From assembly GCA_965228895.1 (NCBI GenBank), contig OZ245842.1, positions 1,376,001-1,440,000 on the forward strand: a stretch of DNA of 64,000 nt, written 5' to 3'. The notes below the pieces were generated by a model, which was not told where the DNA came from, ran no database searches, and worked only from the letters and a program-made list of their open reading frames with translations. Made by a program: the position numbers and the translations under genes. The first letter of the stretch is position 1. Each line of letters begins with the position of its first letter. The stretch comes from Alphaproteobacteria bacterium. GTDB lineage: Bacteria; Pseudomonadota; Alphaproteobacteria; SP197. This document shows positions 49,389 to 58,166 of the stretch, piece after piece.

Positions 49389-50501
49389 ATGACGCGGACG
49401 CTTCTGGTGTTGCCGGGCGACGGCATCGGCGTTGAGGTCACCGAGCAGGCCATGCGGGTGGTCGGCTGGTTCCAGAAGAATCGCGGCCTCGACCTGACCA
49501 TCGAAGAACGCCTGCTGGGCGGTGCCTGTTACGACGTCCATGGCGTCATGGTGGAAGACGAAACGGTCGAGAAGGCGCGGCGCGCCGATGCCGTCCTGTG
49601 CGGCGCTGTCGGCGGACCGACGTGGGACGACCTCGAGCTCGAAGGAACGCCGGAAGAAAAGGACGGCCTAAGCCGGCTCAGGAAAGATCTCGATCTCTAC
49701 GCCAATCTGCGTCCGGCGCGGCCCTATGACGCGCTCAAGCAGAAGTCGCCGCTGAAGCCGGAGATCCTGGAAGGCGTCGACCTCATCGTGCTGCGTGAGT
49801 TGACGAGCGGTCTTTACTTTGGCCAGCCGCGCGGCATCGAAACACTGCCGGATGGTAGTGAGCGGGGCTTCGAAACCCAGGTCTATACGACCGCAGAAAT
49901 TGAGCGCATGGCGCACGCCGCGTTCGAGCTGGCGCGTGACCGTCGCGGTGTCGTGCATTCGGTCGAGAAGTCGAACGTCACGGAATCCGGTGTCCTGTGG
50001 CGCCGCGTCGTCAGCCGTGTTCATGCCGACGCCTATGCCGATATGACACTGATCCACATGCTCGCGGACAACTGTGCGCTGCAACTTGTCGATAACCCCA
50101 GGCAGTTCGATGTTCTGGTCACCGACAACATGTTCGGCGATCTCCTCTCCGACATCACCGGCGCCATCCCGGGCGGCCTCGGCATGTTGCCGTCCGCATC
50201 GCTTGGGCCACTGCGCGGTGACGGCACGCGTCCAGCGCTCTATGAACCCGTCCATGGCACCGCGCCCGACATCGCGGGCAAGGGCATCGCCAATCCCCTG
50301 GCAGCGATTCTGTCGGCCGCCATGATGATGCGCTGGAGTTTCGAACGGGCCGACGATGCCGATCTGGTCGAGCGCGCCGTCGAAGCAGCATTGGATCGGG
50401 GTGCGCGGACGGTTGACCTCGCCGTCGATGATGAGGCCACGATGGGGACCGGCGAGATGGGCGACGCGGTGCTTGCCGAACTTGATCGTCTCGCCAGCTG
50501 A
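49389..50501 (+). CDS. leuB: 3-isopropylmalate dehydrogenase family beta-decarboxylating dehydrogenase
   Basis: LPGDGIG, LYANLRP, RELTSGLYFG, NMFGDLLSD, YEPVHGTAPDIAG..IANP; possibly a paralog since no leuCD is nearby. Confidence 0.85.
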   Translation: MTRTLLVLPGDGIGVEVTEQAMRVVGWFQKNRGLDLTIEERLLGGACYDVHGVMVEDETVEKARRADAVLCGAVGGPTWDDLELEGTPEEKDGLSRLRKDLDLYANLRPARPYDALKQKSPLKPEILEGVDLIVLRELTSGLYFGQPRGIETLPDGSERGFETQVYTTAEIERMAHAAFELARDRRGVVHSVEKSNVTESGVLWRRVVSRVHADAYADMTLIHMLADNCALQLVDNPRQFDVLVTDNMFGDLLSDITGAIPGGLGMLPSASLGPLRGDGTRPALYEPVHGTAPDIAGKGIANPLAAILSAAMMMRWSFERADDADLVERAVEAALDRGARTVDLAVDDEATMGTGEMGDAVLAELDRLAS

Positions 50502-50506
50502 ACACT

Positions 50507-50522
50507 GACGCGCCGGCGCGTC
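50507..50522. terminator. perfect palindrome between convergent genes
   Basis: GACGCGCCGGCGCGTC, 6 bp after the leuB-like stop. Confidence 0.35.
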
Positions 50523-50561
50523 TAACGAACGCATCGCCGCGACCGTCTTCGACAACGCGTT

Positions 50562-51968
50562 CTAGTTCGGCGTGTTGATGGTGAGGCGCCACGCCGCCCA
50601 GATGCCGCCGCAGGCGATCGGCAGAAACGCCGCGAAGATCCAGAACGCGACAGCCCGGACTGTGTCGAGGCTGGCATCTTCCGAAAAGCCCAGTGTGTTG
50701 GCGACAATTCCGGCCGCTGCGGCGCCGATTGCGAAACCGAACTGCTGGAGCGGTGCAACCGCCGCCGACGTGCGTTCGCGCTCGCCGTCGATCGCCGCTG
50801 CAACGATGCGGCGAAAGATGAACGCCCACATCATGCCGAAACCGGCACCTTGCAGCGCGACGAAGGGGAGCACCGCGATCAGCGAGCCCGTGGGCATGGC
50901 CACGGCAAGACCGGCGACGCCGAGCGTAACCGTGATGGCGCCGCCACGAATCAGGTAACGCTCGGCAGCGATCCCGGCGTTGGCAAAGGCGATGGCGGCG
51001 ATGCCCCAGGCGACCGACTCCAGCGCGATGATGAAGCCCGCGACAAGCGGTGGGACGTCGAAGAGCCGTTCCAGAAAAAACGTACCGTACGCGATCAGCG
51101 ACATCGTGCCGGTGCCCAGCAGGATGATCGTCAGCAAGCCCGCACCATACTGTGTCCGTGTCGAGAATGGCCGTGGCGGCAGCATGGCGTTGCCGCGTTC
51201 ACGCCCGTCGACATAGAGAAAGCCGCCCAGAAGCATGGCCGACCCGACAATCATGATGGGCCCCAGAAGAATGTCGGGATGGGCGCCTGCCGTCGCGATC
51301 AGCAGGACGCCACCGGCAACCAGCATCAATCGCAACAACGGAACTTTCGAGTCGGCGATGGCGTCGCCGGTTTCCTGGCGTGGCACCGTCGCCAGAACCA
51401 GCAGGATGAACAGCACGGCCTGACCGGCGAAGGCCCAGTACGCGAGGCGCCATTCGCCCATGTTCGCGAAGACGCCGCCAACCAGGGGGCCGCAAAAGGC
51501 GGACACGCTCCACACCATGGACGTCAGCGCGATCAGCTTAGGCATAAGGTGGTTGGGGAACAGACGGTCGAGCGCCACGTAAACCAGGGCGACCTGCCAG
51601 CCGCCGCCGACGCCTTGGATGAACCGTCCTGTCAGCAGCACGCCCATGTCGGGCGCGACGGCCGAGATCGCGCAGCCCAGCGCGAACAGACCGCCGGCGG
51701 CCAGAAAAGAGTTCCTCAGGCCGAAACGAATGGCCATCAGACCGGCGGCCGTGCCGACCAGGATCGAACCCAGGAGATAGAGGGTATAGGCCCAACCGAC
51801 ATAGGCCGCGCCGCCGATGTCGGCGACCGTGGTGGGCAATGTCGTCGCGACCATCAGGCTGTCGGCGGCGTGCAGCCAGACCGCCAGACAGAACGCGGCG
51901 ACACGGGGACCGCGCCCGCCGCGAAAAATCTCGACCCAGCCAATCGAAGCTTGCGCCGCCTGCGCCAT
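50562..51968 (-). CDS. MFS transporter (DHA2-like efflux)
   Basis: About 14 TM segments, GRFIQGVGGG, GPLVGG; GGGGAGGA RBS before ATG 51968. Confidence 0.87.
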   Translation of the reverse strand: MAQAAQASIGWVEIFRGGRGPRVAAFCLAVWLHAADSLMVATTLPTTVADIGGAAYVGWAYTLYLLGSILVGTAAGLMAIRFGLRNSFLAAGGLFALGCAISAVAPDMGVLLTGRFIQGVGGGWQVALVYVALDRLFPNHLMPKLIALTSMVWSVSAFCGPLVGGVFANMGEWRLAYWAFAGQAVLFILLVLATVPRQETGDAIADSKVPLLRLMLVAGGVLLIATAGAHPDILLGPIMIVGSAMLLGGFLYVDGRERGNAMLPPRPFSTRTQYGAGLLTIILLGTGTMSLIAYGTFFLERLFDVPPLVAGFIIALESVAWGIAAIAFANAGIAAERYLIRGGAITVTLGVAGLAVAMPTGSLIAVLPFVALQGAGFGMMWAFIFRRIVAAAIDGERERTSAAVAPLQQFGFAIGAAAAGIVANTLGFSEDASLDTVRAVAFWIFAAFLPIACGGIWAAWRLTINTPN

Positions 51969-52008
51969 CGATCCTCCCCCGGCCACACGGGCCCGGATCT
52001 CAAGGCTA

Positions 52009-52038
52009 TTTATAAAGAAAAAACTTTCTTTATGTCAA
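52009..52038 (-). promoter_or_regulatory. sigma-70-type promoter with an embedded palindromic operator for the MFS gene
   Basis: TTGACA (52038-52033) N18 TATAAA; ATAAAGAAA-AAAC-TTTCTTTAT palindrome at 52012-52033. Confidence 0.7.
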
Positions 52039-52066
52039 CGGCCGAACCGGTGGTCGAGCTGGGCGC

Positions 52067-53263
52067 TCAGACCAGGGCGCCGGCGGGCAGCACCATGTTG
52101 GCGCCTTCGGTGCCCAGGCGGGCGCTGAGCGTGCGCAACGACGAATAGAACTCGTCGAGCTCGACGTGACAGGTCCGCATGTAGCGGTCGCTGCCCACAT
52201 CGAACGCCGTGCGGCCGTGCTGGACGCGCTGGTTGTTGAAGAACAGTGCCTGACCGGAGGCGACGGGGATGCGGAGCTGGTTGGCTTCGTCGAACAGCAT
52301 GACCAGAAGCTGCTTGAGCGCGCGGTAGTAGGGCACGATCAACGCATCATTGAGATGGAGCGGGCCGACCGCTCGATCGAGCAACCGGAAACCGGCAATC
52401 TCACCTTCGTCATCCAGACTGAACACCGGCGCCTGCATACGGAAGTCGCGGCCTTGCTGTTCAAGGCGGCGGTGGAACGTCACGCGCTGGCGCGCCAACA
52501 GGTCGAACGCTTCGGGGTCCTGGTCCCGTAACGCATGGCCGACACGGAAGGTGTCAACAAGGATCGACTCGCCGCCGCGCTCAGCCGCCTTCACGAAATG
52601 AAACAACGTGATCGATGGCGGCGCCTGACGATAGGGTTCGTCGGTATGTGGGTTAAGGCCGACTTCTGAATCACCATAGACAAGTGGCGTCGGTGTATAG
52701 CGGAAGTCATAGACGCTGCCGTAGTTGGTTACCCTGAGCGGCCCGGCAAGGGCCGCAATATCGGCGGTCGCATCCGGTTCGGTCGGCACGTCAGTGACCA
52801 AGGCAAAACCGTAATCCCGGAGATCTTCCAGGAAGGCCAGACGCGCCACATCGTCGTTGCGCGCCGTCTCAAAGTCGACCTGAGGCGGTTCGGCCGCGAT
52901 CTCCGGACCCCAATAGGTCGGGCGCCAGCGCCGCCGTGCCCGTTCGGCTTCGGAATAGCAGTTGTCGCGCAGCCATGTCGCGTCATAGCGGCTGACATGC
53001 CCATCGCCGGGCCAGACGACGTGGAGGCCACCATCCGCATCGATCTCGACCGTCTCAGGCATGATGTCATCGGGGATCGCATCGATACGCAGCGCCCGCA
53101 TGGCGGTTTCCGACGTGCCGCAGGCCGGACACGTGCAGTTGTGGCGCAGCCAGATGCCGTGAAACCGGCTTTCGTGACCATCGGCCCATTCGACGACCAC
53201 CCGGTCGCCGGCAACACAGGCGTTGGTAACCGTTGTACGGGGGTGACTATCGATCCTGCCCAT
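52067..53263 (-). CDS. gamma-butyrobetaine/trimethyllysine dioxygenase-like (TauD/TfdA) Fe/2OG dioxygenase
   Basis: N-terminal WLRHNCTCPAC...GH.S.Y zinc domain, HTD, NQRVQHGR.AF; GGAGG RBS. Confidence 0.87.
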   Translation of the reverse strand: MGRIDSHPRTTVTNACVAGDRVVVEWADGHESRFHGIWLRHNCTCPACGTSETAMRALRIDAIPDDIMPETVEIDADGGLHVVWPGDGHVSRYDATWLRDNCYSEAERARRRWRPTYWGPEIAAEPPQVDFETARNDDVARLAFLEDLRDYGFALVTDVPTEPDATADIAALAGPLRVTNYGSVYDFRYTPTPLVYGDSEVGLNPHTDEPYRQAPPSITLFHFVKAAERGGESILVDTFRVGHALRDQDPEAFDLLARQRVTFHRRLEQQGRDFRMQAPVFSLDDEGEIAGFRLLDRAVGPLHLNDALIVPYYRALKQLLVMLFDEANQLRIPVASGQALFFNNQRVQHGRTAFDVGSDRYMRTCHVELDEFYSSLRTLSARLGTEGANMVLPAGALV

Positions 53264-53403
53264 GGCCGAACATCCTCCGCCTTCGGGAAAGTGAACAGTG
53301 AGACGTTTAGGACCACGTGTAAATGACTCGATAAACTGCAATTTTTGATTGTATATCGCGATGTTTTGATCAATTATGGGTAAGTTACAGTGGAGTCGGT
53401 CTC

Positions 53404-54186
53404 ATGGTTCGGCCAGCGAGTAGATATGGTCCGGCGCCGAAAGGTGTGGGTGATGACGAGTGGAAAGTCCGTTGCGACCTTGCGGCCTGCTACCAATTGT
53501 TTAACCGTGATGGACGTTCTGAGCTGTCAGATACGCACATCTCTGCTCGTGTGCCGGACTCCAACGATATCCTGATCAATCCGCACGGTGTCCTGTTCGA
53601 TGACATCACCGCATCATCGCTGATCAGGGTGCGTGACGAAGGGCAGTTTCAGGGCGACAGCGATTACCCTTTTAACTCATCTGGTTTCTTGATCCACAGC
53701 TGCATTCTTCGAAACAGACAGGACGTGGTCTGCGTGGTGCACAGTAGGAGTGATGCCGGATGTGCGGTCGCCATGCAAAAGGCCGGTTTACTACCATGCT
53801 CCGACTCAGCTCTTATTCTGATGGGTTGGCTCTCTTATCACGACTACGCTGGTAAGGAACTTGATGCACAAGAGCAACGCCGTCTGTTCGACAGCCTTGG
53901 TGACAGGACGCTGCTTGTACTGCGCAACGACGGATTGGTTTCCTGCGGCGACTCTGTAGGCGCTGCCTATATCTGGATGACTCGGTTAGAAATGGCCTGC
54001 CGCAAGCAGATTGCTGGACAGGCAGGCGATGCACCACTGAACTTCCCTAGCGAAGATGCGCAGCGTAGTGCCATTGAACGGGGACTCAAGATTCTCGGCC
54101 AAGATGGATATGTGCAACCCGGCCGAGAGTGGCACTGGTATCTCAACGCTCTCGAGCGCATGAAAGGCACAAGCTACCGAACATAG
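53404..54186 (+). CDS. degenerate class II aldolase/adducin-head paralog
   Basis: Colinear with the downstream paralog (RCDLAACYQL, THISAR, GFLIHSCI) but HTH->HSR and RNHG->RNDG; visibly more AT-rich. Confidence 0.7.
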   Translation: MVRPASRYGPAPKGVGDDEWKVRCDLAACYQLFNRDGRSELSDTHISARVPDSNDILINPHGVLFDDITASSLIRVRDEGQFQGDSDYPFNSSGFLIHSCILRNRQDVVCVVHSRSDAGCAVAMQKAGLLPCSDSALILMGWLSYHDYAGKELDAQEQRRLFDSLGDRTLLVLRNDGLVSCGDSVGAAYIWMTRLEMACRKQIAGQAGDAPLNFPSEDAQRSAIERGLKILGQDGYVQPGREWHWYLNALERMKGTSYRT

Positions 54187-54382
54187 ACTGAGTAATGAGA
54201 TCCATGCGATGTTGTACTCAGACTGCTTCAACGCTGGTAACGACTCAGAACTTTCGCAATAATCCGCGGCACGTTTGCATTGAATCTCAATCGACTCACT
54301 CCAGCTCGCATTGGTGAGTCGTTGTTGCTTGGTAACCTGTCCATCAGTGATCATCGTTCAGGTTTCTCAAGGAGGTGAGCTC

Positions 54383-55165
54383 ATGAGTCAGTCCGTCGAA
54401 CGTCTCGATGCCGCCCGCCACGGGATGTCGGAGGCCGAATGGCAGGCGCGCTGTGATCTCGCAGCCTGCTACCAGCTTGTTGACCTTTATGGTTGGTCGG
54501 ATCTGTCGGGCACGCACATCTCGGCGCGCATTCCCGGCACCGAACACTTCCTGATCAACCCCTATGGCCTGCTGTTCGATCAGATCACCGCGTCGTCGCT
54601 GGTCAAGGTCGATCATGAAGGCCGCGTTGTCGGCGATAGCGACTATCCGATCAACCCGGCAGGTTTCTTGATCCATAGTTGCATTCATCGCGCGCGGCCC
54701 GACGTGAACTGCGTGCTGCATACCCACACCCGCGCCGGCAACGCGGTGGCGATGCAGGAAGACGGCTTGCTGCCGCTGTCGCAAAAGGCGCTCATCATCC
54801 TGGGCTGGACAGCCTATCACGACTACGAAGGTGTGGTGTTGGACGCCGATGAGCAGGTGCGCCTTGTCGCGAGCCTTGGCGACAAGATGATTTTGATCTT
54901 GCGGAACCACGGTTTGCTGACCTGTGGCGAGTCGGTCGGCGGCGCTTTCGTCTGGATGCATCGCATCGAAGCTGCCTGTCGTTACCAGATCGACGGCATG
55001 GCCGGTGGCACACCGCTGCATTATCCCAGCAAGGCCGTGCAGCAAAAGACGATCGAGCAGGGTCTGAAGATCTTTGCGCCCAACGGCCACGCCCGTGTCG
55101 GCATGGAGTGGCCGTCCCTGATCACCCAGCTCGAACGCGAGCGGGGCACGGGCTACCGCAGCTAG
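54383..55165 (+). CDS. class II aldolase/adducin family protein
   Basis: RCDLAACY, THISAR, LHTHT, LRNHG; AAGGAGG RBS. Confidence 0.9.
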   Translation: MSQSVERLDAARHGMSEAEWQARCDLAACYQLVDLYGWSDLSGTHISARIPGTEHFLINPYGLLFDQITASSLVKVDHEGRVVGDSDYPINPAGFLIHSCIHRARPDVNCVLHTHTRAGNAVAMQEDGLLPLSQKALIILGWTAYHDYEGVVLDADEQVRLVASLGDKMILILRNHGLLTCGESVGGAFVWMHRIEAACRYQIDGMAGGTPLHYPSKAVQQKTIEQGLKIFAPNGHARVGMEWPSLITQLERERGTGYRS

Positions 55166-55178
55166 GGTCGCCGGTACG

Positions 55179-55679
55179 CTAGATCGGCTGAACCAGATAG
55201 ATGCAGGCGATCAGGTAACAGCCCGCCGCTAACGCGGCGCCTGCCGTGCGAACGTGGTTCCAGAACGTCCAGCGCGGCCAATAGGTTGCCGCCCAGTAAC
55301 GCGCCGCCTCAGGCGCGGCGTAGGGCTCACGGTCAAGCCGCCGGTTCATCGGGACATTGAAGATAAGCGAGACGACGAACACGGTGATCAGATAGATCGC
55401 GCCGCCCAGCATGACCCAGGTCGCAGCCGGTCCGGTCGTGGCGACGTAGGCGAGGGCAATCAGGAGCGGCGACATCGCCGACATGCCGATCAACAAGACC
55501 ATAAAGACCGAACGGTAGACGTTGCGGTTGATGACCTGCATCACCTCGACGCCGGCGGCGGGCTCGGCGCCGTTCAGCGATCGCATGACGAAGTCGGAAA
55601 ACGTCAGGAAGACACCTGACACCAAGCCGCAGGCGATCACGGAGATCGCAGAGACAATAAGGAACCAGTCCGAGAGCAT
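55179..55679 (-). CDS. DUF1772 / anthrone oxygenase family membrane protein
   Basis: GVFLTFSDFVMRSL, MQ.INR, NVPMN, W..WNHVRT. Confidence 0.85.
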   Translation of the reverse strand: MLSDWFLIVSAISVIACGLVSGVFLTFSDFVMRSLNGAEPAAGVEVMQVINRNVYRSVFMVLLIGMSAMSPLLIALAYVATTGPAATWVMLGGAIYLITVFVVSLIFNVPMNRRLDREPYAAPEAARYWAATYWPRWTFWNHVRTAGAALAAGCYLIACIYLVQPI

Positions 55680-55721
55680 GAGCCTTCTCCGGGTTGAGAT
55701 AGTGTCGCGGTTTTCCGCGCG

Positions 55722-56345
55722 TCAGTAAGACAATGATGGCGTGCGGTGCAGATAGGTGTTGTCGGTCAGTTGCCGCAGCATGAAGTCGGCAACATCGGCG
55801 CGCGCGATCTTCAGCTTCAGGTTCTTCTCCGTCACGGGGAAGCCGTGTTTGTACGTGCCGGTGACGGGACCATCGATGAACGCGCCCGGGCGGACGATGA
55901 CCCAGTCGAGATCGCTGTCACGGATGATGGCTTCCTGCTCGACATGATCGGCATAGGCCGGCCGCAGCAGGAGCCCGAACATGATGCGCTTCCAAAAGAA
56001 GTTGAGCAGCGGTCTGCTGTCGCCGACGCCCAGCGTTGTCTCACACACCAGACGATGCGGCCCGTCCGAGCGCATGGCGTTGACGATGTTCCGGGTGCCG
56101 GCCGCGCGTACGGTGCCTTTGCGGCCTGCGCCCAGGGCAATCAACGCGGCGTCATGACCGCGCACGGCCGCCTTGACCTCGTCGGCGTTGAGGACGTCGC
56201 CTACCCGGCGAGTCAGATTGCCGTGGTCGAGTTTGAGTGCATCGGGATGCCGCGCGAACGCCGTGACGTCGTGGCCTTGGTCCAGCGCCTGCTCCACCAA
56301 GTGCCGTCCGACCGTACCGGTGGCGCCAAAAATGATCAGTTTCAT
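55722..56345 (-). CDS. NAD(P)H-binding atypical SDR (flavin reductase/BLVRB-like)
   Basis: IFGATGTVG, LDWVIVRP, IARADVA. Confidence 0.87.
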   Translation of the reverse strand: MKLIIFGATGTVGRHLVEQALDQGHDVTAFARHPDALKLDHGNLTRRVGDVLNADEVKAAVRGHDAALIALGAGRKGTVRAAGTRNIVNAMRSDGPHRLVCETTLGVGDSRPLLNFFWKRIMFGLLLRPAYADHVEQEAIIRDSDLDWVIVRPGAFIDGPVTGTYKHGFPVTEKNLKLKIARADVADFMLRQLTDNTYLHRTPSLSY

Positions 56346-56361
56346 GTCTCGTTCCTCCAGC

Positions 56362-56418
56362 TTGACACTGTGTCAATTGACACGATGACAAGTAGGTGCT
56401 ACTTGACACTATGTCAAG
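56362..56418. promoter_or_regulatory. three TetR operators TTGACA-N3-TGTCAA
   Basis: TTGACACTGTGTCAA at 56362-56376, TTGACACGATGACAA at 56377-56391, CTTGACACTATGTCAAG at 56402-56418 (overlaps the TetR ATG). Confidence 0.8.
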
Positions 56419-57010
56419 AGGTCAAATCGATACGAGGTCGCGTATCCTCCAGGCCGCCCTGGATTTGCTGGAGGCCGGCGGCGGCAAGGGCGTGCGGGTC
56501 GGTGATGTCGCGAAACAGGCGGGCATCAGCCGCCAGGCGCTCTACCTTCATTTCCCGACCAGGGCCGACCTGCTGATCGCGGCTACTCACTATCTGGATG
56601 ACCTGAAGGGCAGCGATGCGCGCCTGGCGCCGAGCCGCGCCGCGGCGTCGGGCGTTGAGCGTCTGGAAGCCTTCATCGAGGCCTGGGCTGCCTATATCCC
56701 CGAGGTCTATGGCGTTGCTCGGGCGCTGCTTGCCATGCGCGACACCGATGAGGCGGCGGCGGCCGCCTGGGAAAAACGGATGCGGGACATGCGCGAAGGC
56801 TGCGAGGCCGCGATCAAGGCGCTTGAACGCGACGGCACGCTGTCGGGTGCGCACGAGCCTGAGCAGGCGACCGACATCCTTTGGACCATGTTGTCGGTGC
56901 GCAACTGGGAACAGCTGACCATCACCTGCGGCTGGTCGCAGGAGCGCTATGTCGACACGCTCAAGACGCTCGCGCGGCAGATCTTTGTCGCAGATGACGG
57001 CGAGAATTGA
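56411..57010 (+). CDS. TetR family regulator
   Basis: TRSRILQAA...DVAKQAGISRQALYLHF HTH; probably leaderless from ATG 56411. Confidence 0.9.
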   Translation: MSRGQIDTRSRILQAALDLLEAGGGKGVRVGDVAKQAGISRQALYLHFPTRADLLIAATHYLDDLKGSDARLAPSRAAASGVERLEAFIEAWAAYIPEVYGVARALLAMRDTDEAAAAAWEKRMRDMREGCEAAIKALERDGTLSGAHEPEQATDILWTMLSVRNWEQLTITCGWSQERYVDTLKTLARQIFVADDGEN

Positions 57011-57072
57011 CGCGAGACCATATCGCCGATCACCAGCTAGGATAGCCGCCACAGAGACCGGGGAGGCTGCAC

Positions 57073-58134
57073 ATGGACTATCCTGACTGGAAAGAAACGC
57101 GCGAGGGCATGTGGGCCGCGCATCTCAACTTCCCGATGTTCGACGACGACACGCCCAGTTTCATGGCGCGGCCGATCGCCACGAACAAGGGTGACCTCGA
57201 CGGCGCCGATGTTGTCATTATCGGCAGCCCGTATGTCTCAAGTTCGTCGGATGAATGGGCCGGCATCGGCAAGGAGCACTGGCTTGCGGCGCCGCAGCGG
57301 GTGCGCCAGCAATCGATCCGCTACCAGTCGGGTTACGTCCAAGACTTCCGCCTCAACGTGTTCGATCACCTGAATGTCGTCGACTATGGCGATGCGGCTA
57401 TCCCGCCGGAAGCCAATGTCGGCAAGCTCAATCCCGAACTGATCTTGCAGGCTCAGGCGGCCGTCGAAAGCAAGGTCAACGATGCTCTCGATGTCGGTGC
57501 CCTGCCGGTCGTCATCGGTCAGAACTCGCCCTGCGGCTCCTACGCCATCGCCAAGTGCGTTGCCGAACACACGACCGGCAATGTCGGCGTGGTCAGCCTG
57601 GATACGCACTGGGATATCTTCCGCCTGTGCCCCCAGACCAAGGACCCGCGCATCGCCGGTGGTTTTTGTTGGCTCTACAAGACGCTGGAGTTTCACGACA
57701 ACATTCATGCCCGCAACCTCGTTGAGATCGGCCCGCGTGGCATGCTGGAAGCCTCGGATGTCGTCGAAGAATTGATCGAACGCGGCGCTGCCTTCTACTC
57801 CGGCTGGGACGTACGCCAACAGGGCGTCGAGGCGGTCTGCAAAGGGTTGGATCACGCCTATAACGGCACCCAGGCGGTCTATGGTCACTTCGACATGGAT
57901 GTTCTGGGCGGTGCCGGCCCGGCGCCGGGCGACATTCTCGGAGAACTGGCCGAACCCATCGGCATGACCGACTACGAGTGCATTCGCATCGCCCACGAAC
58001 TCGGTCTGCGTGGTGTCGACGGTTTCTCTTTCATCTGCATTCCGCCGGGTTCGCCGGTGATGTACCGCGTCATCGTCTATATCATCATGTATCTGCTGGC
58101 GGGTAAGGCGATGTCCGCGCGACGTAACGTGTGA
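57073..58134 (+). CDS. arginase/agmatinase (ureohydrolase) family protein, non-canonical
   Basis: APQRVRQQS, DYGD, DTHWD, EIGPRG, HFDMD; lacks GGDHS and the C-terminal Glu. Confidence 0.78.
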   Translation: MDYPDWKETREGMWAAHLNFPMFDDDTPSFMARPIATNKGDLDGADVVIIGSPYVSSSSDEWAGIGKEHWLAAPQRVRQQSIRYQSGYVQDFRLNVFDHLNVVDYGDAAIPPEANVGKLNPELILQAQAAVESKVNDALDVGALPVVIGQNSPCGSYAIAKCVAEHTTGNVGVVSLDTHWDIFRLCPQTKDPRIAGGFCWLYKTLEFHDNIHARNLVEIGPRGMLEASDVVEELIERGAAFYSGWDVRQQGVEAVCKGLDHAYNGTQAVYGHFDMDVLGGAGPAPGDILGELAEPIGMTDYECIRIAHELGLRGVDGFSFICIPPGSPVMYRVIVYIIMYLLAGKAMSARRNV

Positions 58135-58166
58135 ACGGGAATGACGACTGTGTGGGGAACGTGATC

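Noticed and set aside
53300-54380. Lower-GC patch as a mobile element or island
   Set aside because: No transposase, integrase, terminal repeats or target duplication. It is explained by promoter DNA and a diverged paralog. TTTTGAT repeats 21 bp apart (53343, 53364) do not form an FNR box.
57011-57072. Guanidine riboswitch upstream of the ureohydrolase
   Set aside because: The region is short, with no ykkC core or paired ACGR hairpins.
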